DNA of 51,233 bases from Nemertoderma westbladi (taxonomy: Eukaryota; Animalia; Xenacoelomorpha), in assembly GCA_032718475.1 (NCBI GenBank), contig JAUCBJ010005954.1, forward strand, positions 1 through 51,233, given 5' to 3'. This document shows, piece by piece, positions 45,811 through 51,233 of this stretch. The notes under the pieces are model-generated. The model had not been told where the DNA came from. It was given only the letters and a program-made list of their open reading frames with translations, and did not search any database. How positions within the stretch are numbered: position 1 is the stretch's first letter; every line of letters begins with the position of its first letter. The position numbers and the translations under genes were made by a program.

Positions 45811-48036
45811 GGGATGAGTTACTTACTGTAATACATCAACGAAATGTTTTTTACCTGTGTCGAGGAACCTCACTCGAGGTTTCGGGCAACAATCGACTGA
45901 TGTGTCTTCCATGTGGGTCGCAGCTCATTTGTTTTATATTTCGAGCGGTTGTTTGGCTTCGACTTGGGTAGAGCGGCTCGATGAATCGCATGTCGTCGTG
46001 TAGAGAAACCTTGCGACTGTTGCGAGGACCGCTGGCACCTCAATAACTCCCTTAAATCATAACTTCGTGAAAGAACAATCAAATTTTTAAATCCTTTCGA
46101 ATTTTGAGATAAGATAATTGTGAGGTTTGTCAGAAAGGCTGCGTCAACAGCAACGTTGTTACTTGTGAGTCCGGCTACACATTAATCCGTTGGTTTCATT
46201 AGCATATATTATTCAAACTCGAATTGAAAGGGACTAATAAATCTTGACAATTATTGAGATGATATCCGAAGGTAATTATACGAGGGCAGTCAAATGATTA
46301 CGCGGCATTGTGGGCCGCCAACACTGAATGATTGGCAAACATTGTGTCTCCAATCAAATAACAAGCCAATAAAATTCAAATAAAAAAATTCATGAAATAT
46401 TTTCACAATGAATAGCGTTATGCATTTTCCTTCAAACAGATTCGTTAATGAATTATCACAATGAGAAAGTCCAAAATGCCCGGTAACTAACTGGGTGAGA
46501 TCTAATAAGGGACCCGTTGTTACCAGATTTCCTGCTGTGTGCTGCTGTCGACTTTCTTATCGCCGTCAATGAAATTCTCGTTTATATTTTTACCGCATAT
46601 TGTTTGTTATTCGGTTTGGTTTATTGAATAATGAGTTTTGCTAATAATGAATTCACATGTCGCTTTATAAAATTCGCGTTTTAAATATTAATGATGGTGA
46701 AAATTAGTTAGTTAGTTAGTTACCTTACCCCCAGTGGGATCGTGCAGTGTGCAACGTAAGGTTTTATGACTTGTTATTTTTACTACAGTATTTTTTATGA
46801 CATTTAGTTAAATCTAAAAGAGGAAAAACGCGATATATTTTCACCCTGCGATGTATGAAAGTGTACAAAGCAATTTCAATTATTATGTTTACATTTATTA
46901 GCGTTTTGTAATTGTAATATATTTTTTGTCCTAGGGTAATAATTGCTGGTATTTTACTTCTCAGCACGAAACATGAGTATTATGGCTAACAGGTGGAGGT
47001 GGTCTTGTCCAAACAGTGTGGTTTGGTCTTGTCTTACTTTAGTAATCCAATCTAATATATGTTTGCTGGTTTATTATGCAATAGCAAGGATTAAACCCTC
47101 TTTACTAAAGAGCGCTCGTATACCTGATCATGATACAAAGGCTCTGGCTTAATACAATCAGCTTTAAGTAGTGCCTGAGGATATGCGTATACATGAAGGC
47201 GCGATAGCCTCTCGCCGCTTTTTCAATGGCCCCATTTGCTATTGAAGGAGGATTGATGATTGTGGCAGCTCAGGATCCTTTGACAGTGGCCGTCATTCTT
47301 TGGTTAATCGGTAATCCAATAAGCGGTCATCATTCGGCTTCTTCAAACTGGAACAAGGGCTGCCAAGAAAGTGCAAAGGGACGACGCTTTTATGGAACTA
47401 ACAAAAAATTATTTTAATAAGCAATATTAAAAACAAATTAATATTATTAAATTATATTATGTAAGTAACTTTAAGTAATTAAACGTTGTACTTTGGCTCA
47501 GTGTGAACCTTGAATAAGGTGCTAGTCGCAACGTGCACATTGGTTCGTTTCTTTGTCTCTGTGTAGGACACTGGACTTTTTATAAGGCTATAATCATGAT
47601 ACCTCTATTATAACATTTATTAACAGAACGTGTGTTCTTATCTTTAGTTCTATACTGTACTTATGACAATTTATTATTGGTGTTTATACTTCGTAACTAG
47701 TCCCACCGTATTATTAGAATTTATTATCATTCTCGCAAGGCTAACCCACCACTTATTTATTTAGTTATTTTGTTTTGTAATGGTACTGCCGGGACTATAC
47801 ACGCGAGAATCATAGTATATGTTAATATATATTTTTCGTTAATCCATTGGCATTAATTTGCATTGATTTGAATTAAGACCCATTTATATTATATTTATAT
47901 TGCATGTGGTATATTTCTTTGTTCCTAGGCGCCATTATTATTTACTGTATTGTAATTATATATTTTATATTGGACGACCCTCTAGTCAGATCTGTGCTTT
48001 TGGTATTTATTTTAGTTTTCAGTTCGTCAATATTAA

Positions 48037-48069
48037 ACATACATACATACATACATACATACATACATA
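48037..48069. repeat. (ACAT)n microsatellite, about 8 copies
   Basis: Directly visible. Confidence 0.95.
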
Positions 48070-48074
48070 GGCTT

Positions 48075-48908
48075 ACCCTGGCTTGTGTACTAGTCTGTGT
48101 GTACCTAGGCTCGTGTGCTAGTTTCTGTGTACCTTGGTTCATGTGCTAGTCTCTGTGTACCTTGGTTCGTGTGCTAGTCTCTGTGTACCTTGGCTCGTGT
48201 GCTAATCTATATGTACCTTGGCTCGTCTGCTAGTCCCTGTGTACCTTGGCTCGTGTGCTAGTCTCTGTGTACCTTGGTTCGTGTGCTAGACTCTGTGTAC
48301 CTTGGCTCGTGTGCTAGTCTATGTGTACAATGGCTCGTGTGCTAGTCTCTGTGTGCCTTGGTTCGAGTGCTAGTCTCTGTGTACCTTGGATCGTGTGCTA
48401 GTCTTTATGTACCTTGGTTCGTGTGCTAGTCTCTGTGTACCTTTGCTCGTGTGCTAGTCTCTGTGTACCTTGGCTCGTGCGCTGGGTTATTGTGTACCTT
48501 GGCTCGTGTGCTAGTCTCTGAGTACCTTTGCTCGTGCGCTAGTTACTGTGTACCTTAGCTCGTGTGTTAGTCTCTGTGTACCTAGGGTCGTGTTCTAGTC
48601 TCTGTGTACCTTGGCTCGTATGCTAGTCTCTGTGTACCTTGGCATGTGTGCTAATCTCTGTGTACCTTGGCTCGTCTGCTAGTATCTGTGTACCTTGGAT
48701 CGTGTTTTAGTCTGTGTACCCTGGGTTAAGTGCTAGTCTCTGTGAACCTTGGCTCGTGTGCTAGTCTTGTGTACAATGGCTTGAGTGCTAGTCTCGGTGT
48801 ACCTTGGCTCGTGTGCTAGTCTCTGTGTACCTTGGATCGTGGGTTAGTCTATGTGTACCTTGGCTCGTGTGTTAGTCTATGACTACCTTTGGCTCTTGTG
48901 CTAGTCTC
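48075..48908. repeat. 28-bp minisatellite, about 29 copies (CTAGTCTCTGTGTACCTTGGCTCGTGTG)
   Basis: Tandem array, period 28 (CTAGT at 48146 and 48174), with scattered substitutions. Confidence 0.97.
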
Positions 48909-49559
48909 CGCTAAAGAACTCATTGTCGTCCTTTATTTTTTTCTTGTAATCATAAATTCCAAAATATAAAATGCCAACCCACCATAACCCGCTGATAAAA
49001 AAAACAAACAATTATCAGTTTATAGTTGGTTACTTAATTAATTAACGATAGGCCTACTTTCTGGTACAATAGAATGGCTTTTGTGGTTTGTGAAGTAAAC
49101 AAAAAAAATACTTGAAATGGGAATAAAAGTTCCTACAAAATGGTTTCGGCGTTGACATATGAGTAAACAGTTAATTTATTACTCTAACTTCGACAGCAAT
49201 TGACCTTCAACAACCTAACAATGGGGCAGATAAATAATCTCCAAACAATGGGACGTGCCCGTGTCTGATCGCAAACCAAAATACACGAAGCCAATTACCC
49301 TCAATGTTAGTCCTGGACATCAGCACGAGGGCCAATAAAAGGATACCGCCAACCGGACCCCATCTGAAAGAATCATCAGTTTTCTAGAGGTAATTTTAAG
49401 CCAATTTCACCGACCATCAATTAAGGAGTTAAAGTATATTAATCCCTTTTACTGCGGAGGTTTATACACCGCAAACTTCAAAGAGTAGAGGTTTGAGGTG
49501 ATTGAAACGGCTGTCGTGTTTCTCTCAGAGGATTATTTCAAGCCCAATTTGGCAAACAG

Positions 49560-49952
49560 AAACCGATGGATATCATAATAAGGCTGGTAGGCAGGAGGGA
49601 GGCCTGTACTCCACTCTCCGCTCTAATTGGCCACGTAATCGGTCGACAATAAATCACTGGCTGTCCGCCACTAATACAGGGCGCCCTTGTTAAAACTGAC
49701 AAATAGGAGCTGCACCCAAAAATACATGCGTAGCCAATGGGAAGTGAGTTAGAGTTCAACTCGCGAAACAGTCTGAATAGCTGAAAATTTGAACTTTGGA
49801 ACAAGTTGATGTTTCGCTCAGTTGTCAAATCGTGATGTTGCGAACAATTCGTGATTTTTTTTAATAATCGTGATTTGTTTTCCTATTTTGTTGATGATTC
49901 TCAATTAGAATTAAGGTGACAATATTGTTTTAAGAAGCATTTAATTTTAAGT
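49560..49952 (+). promoter_or_regulatory. Probable proximal promoter / 5'UTR of the eh1 transcription-factor gene
   Basis: GC-richer patch with CTAATTGGCCACGTAATC (49623-49640) and CCAAT (49734-49738) just upstream of the ATG. Confidence 0.4.
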
Positions 49953-50313
49953 ATGGCTTCATTTACAATAGACTCAATTTTGGCCAAACCAAAATCCTCG
50001 CTGAATTTCAAACTATTGGCGATGGCTACCAGCCCTCCATCAGTACTGTCTAACGGCTTGAGTTCGACTATTTTGACAAACGAAAACAGATCGAAGGTGT
50101 TAGTAGACGACGCCAAATCAAGAATTGAATCAAAAATAATTAGCAGTGGAAATGATTACGTTGATCTTCCCCAAACTCCTGTTCAATCACATTGCAATCA
50201 GGACGGTCACCCGAACTCAGAAGAAGTTATAGGACTGAACCTCAAACACAACCTGAACTTGAACCTCAATCACACAAAGATGTCAGCAACAACTGGAGAT
50301 ATACCACTGATAG
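49953..50313 (+). CDS. First coding exon of an eh1 (Groucho-binding) motif transcription factor, probably homeobox (goosecoid-like possible)
   Basis: Starts MASFTIDSILA (eh1 consensus FxIxxIL); 120 codons plus 1 base, then a strong donor AG|GTAAGT at 50314. No DNA-binding domain in the window. Confidence 0.75.
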
Positions 50314-51233
50314 GTAAGTTACTAATTAATTGAAACCAAATAATATAATAGTTAGCCTATATTGCTGATCCTCTTCAAGAACACCAAATAATTAAAAAAT
50401 ATAAGAAAAACAACAATAAGATCTATCAAGCGCCACTTTAGTTAGTAATACGTATGATTTTATATTATTTCAGGTGATGGTGTATTTTTTAAGTTTTTAT
50501 TATATTGGGTATAAAGAAAGTAGTGGGCCCGTCGCGAGTGCGAAATATTGATATGAGGGAAAAAGTACATTATAGGCATCGAAATATAATGATGTGATGT
50601 TGTTTTATTGTTAAACTTACCGAATCTTACAACGATCGTTCTTAGACACGCATCATAACTTTATCTCACGCTCACGTTTCCAGTTCTACAATTTTCAAAT
50701 TATCAAGAATTCAAATCATGATGATTGTAAAAAACAATTCGGCTATTGTTTAATAATGAAATTTCTCTAAGAATATTACAACAAGCTCTTTAAAAAAAAT
50801 TGAATTCACTCTCTACGTTCGTTCGTGTAGCTAGCAATGAGGATCATCGGATCATGGCACTGTAAAGTGGTACTTTATACACGAGTTTGTAAAATATTTT
50901 TTATATTGAGATTCAGATTTCGAGTTGCTTTATGGTTACTTACATATTATTTGTTCCACTTTGACTTGTCTGTTTCCGCTGCTTACTTTTAGTATTTGTT
51001 CGTGTGCTTTGACTTTTTTAGAACTTATTCGTATAAGATGCTCTCCTTACTCAGTTCCTTTTTGTATGCTTTGATTTTATAGTTGGCATACTTATTCGTG
51101 TGCTTGCTATATTCAGTACTTGTCCTTGTAACTTGCTTACTTTGTACTTGATAGTGTGCTGGGAATACTTAGCACTTGTGATGGCTGTGCTTGTTGTACT
51201 TATTAGTATAATTTACTACTTATATTAGTTTTT

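Noticed and set aside
46279-46300. TACGAGGG mariner-like TIR start
   Set aside because: No matching inverted end or transposase remnant found.
50990-51233. Degenerate T-rich repeat (TTATTCGTGTGCTT-like)
   Set aside because: Too diverged and cut by the window edge to define a period.

Overview
AT-rich metazoan (invertebrate-like) nuclear DNA, not prokaryotic. From left to right the window holds: (1) the first 809 codons of VPS13B on the minus strand, in one uninterrupted exon running off the left edge; (2) five spliced plus-strand exons (6101-15174) encoding an EGFR/ErbB-type C-terminal tail with no kinase or ectodomain in the window, so VPS13B probably lies antisense inside an intron of that receptor gene; (3) introns packed with transposon relics (hAT MITE, Helentron-like element, a TIR element with a 4-bp TSD, RTE LINE) and a minisatellite of forkhead sites; (4) a Helentron/HINE-like element with four CTCF-like sites; (5) a ~22-kb G-rich 21-bp satellite with higher-order duplications, which generates most long ORFs in the track; (6) an AT-rich fold-back region and further TE relics (RTE, Penelope-like hammerhead remnant, MULE MITE, possible Harbinger), plus a 28-bp minisatellite; (7) the first coding exon of an eh1-motif transcription factor, probably a homeobox gene and possibly goosecoid-like. 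All calls come from reading and hand-translating the sequence; no searches were run.
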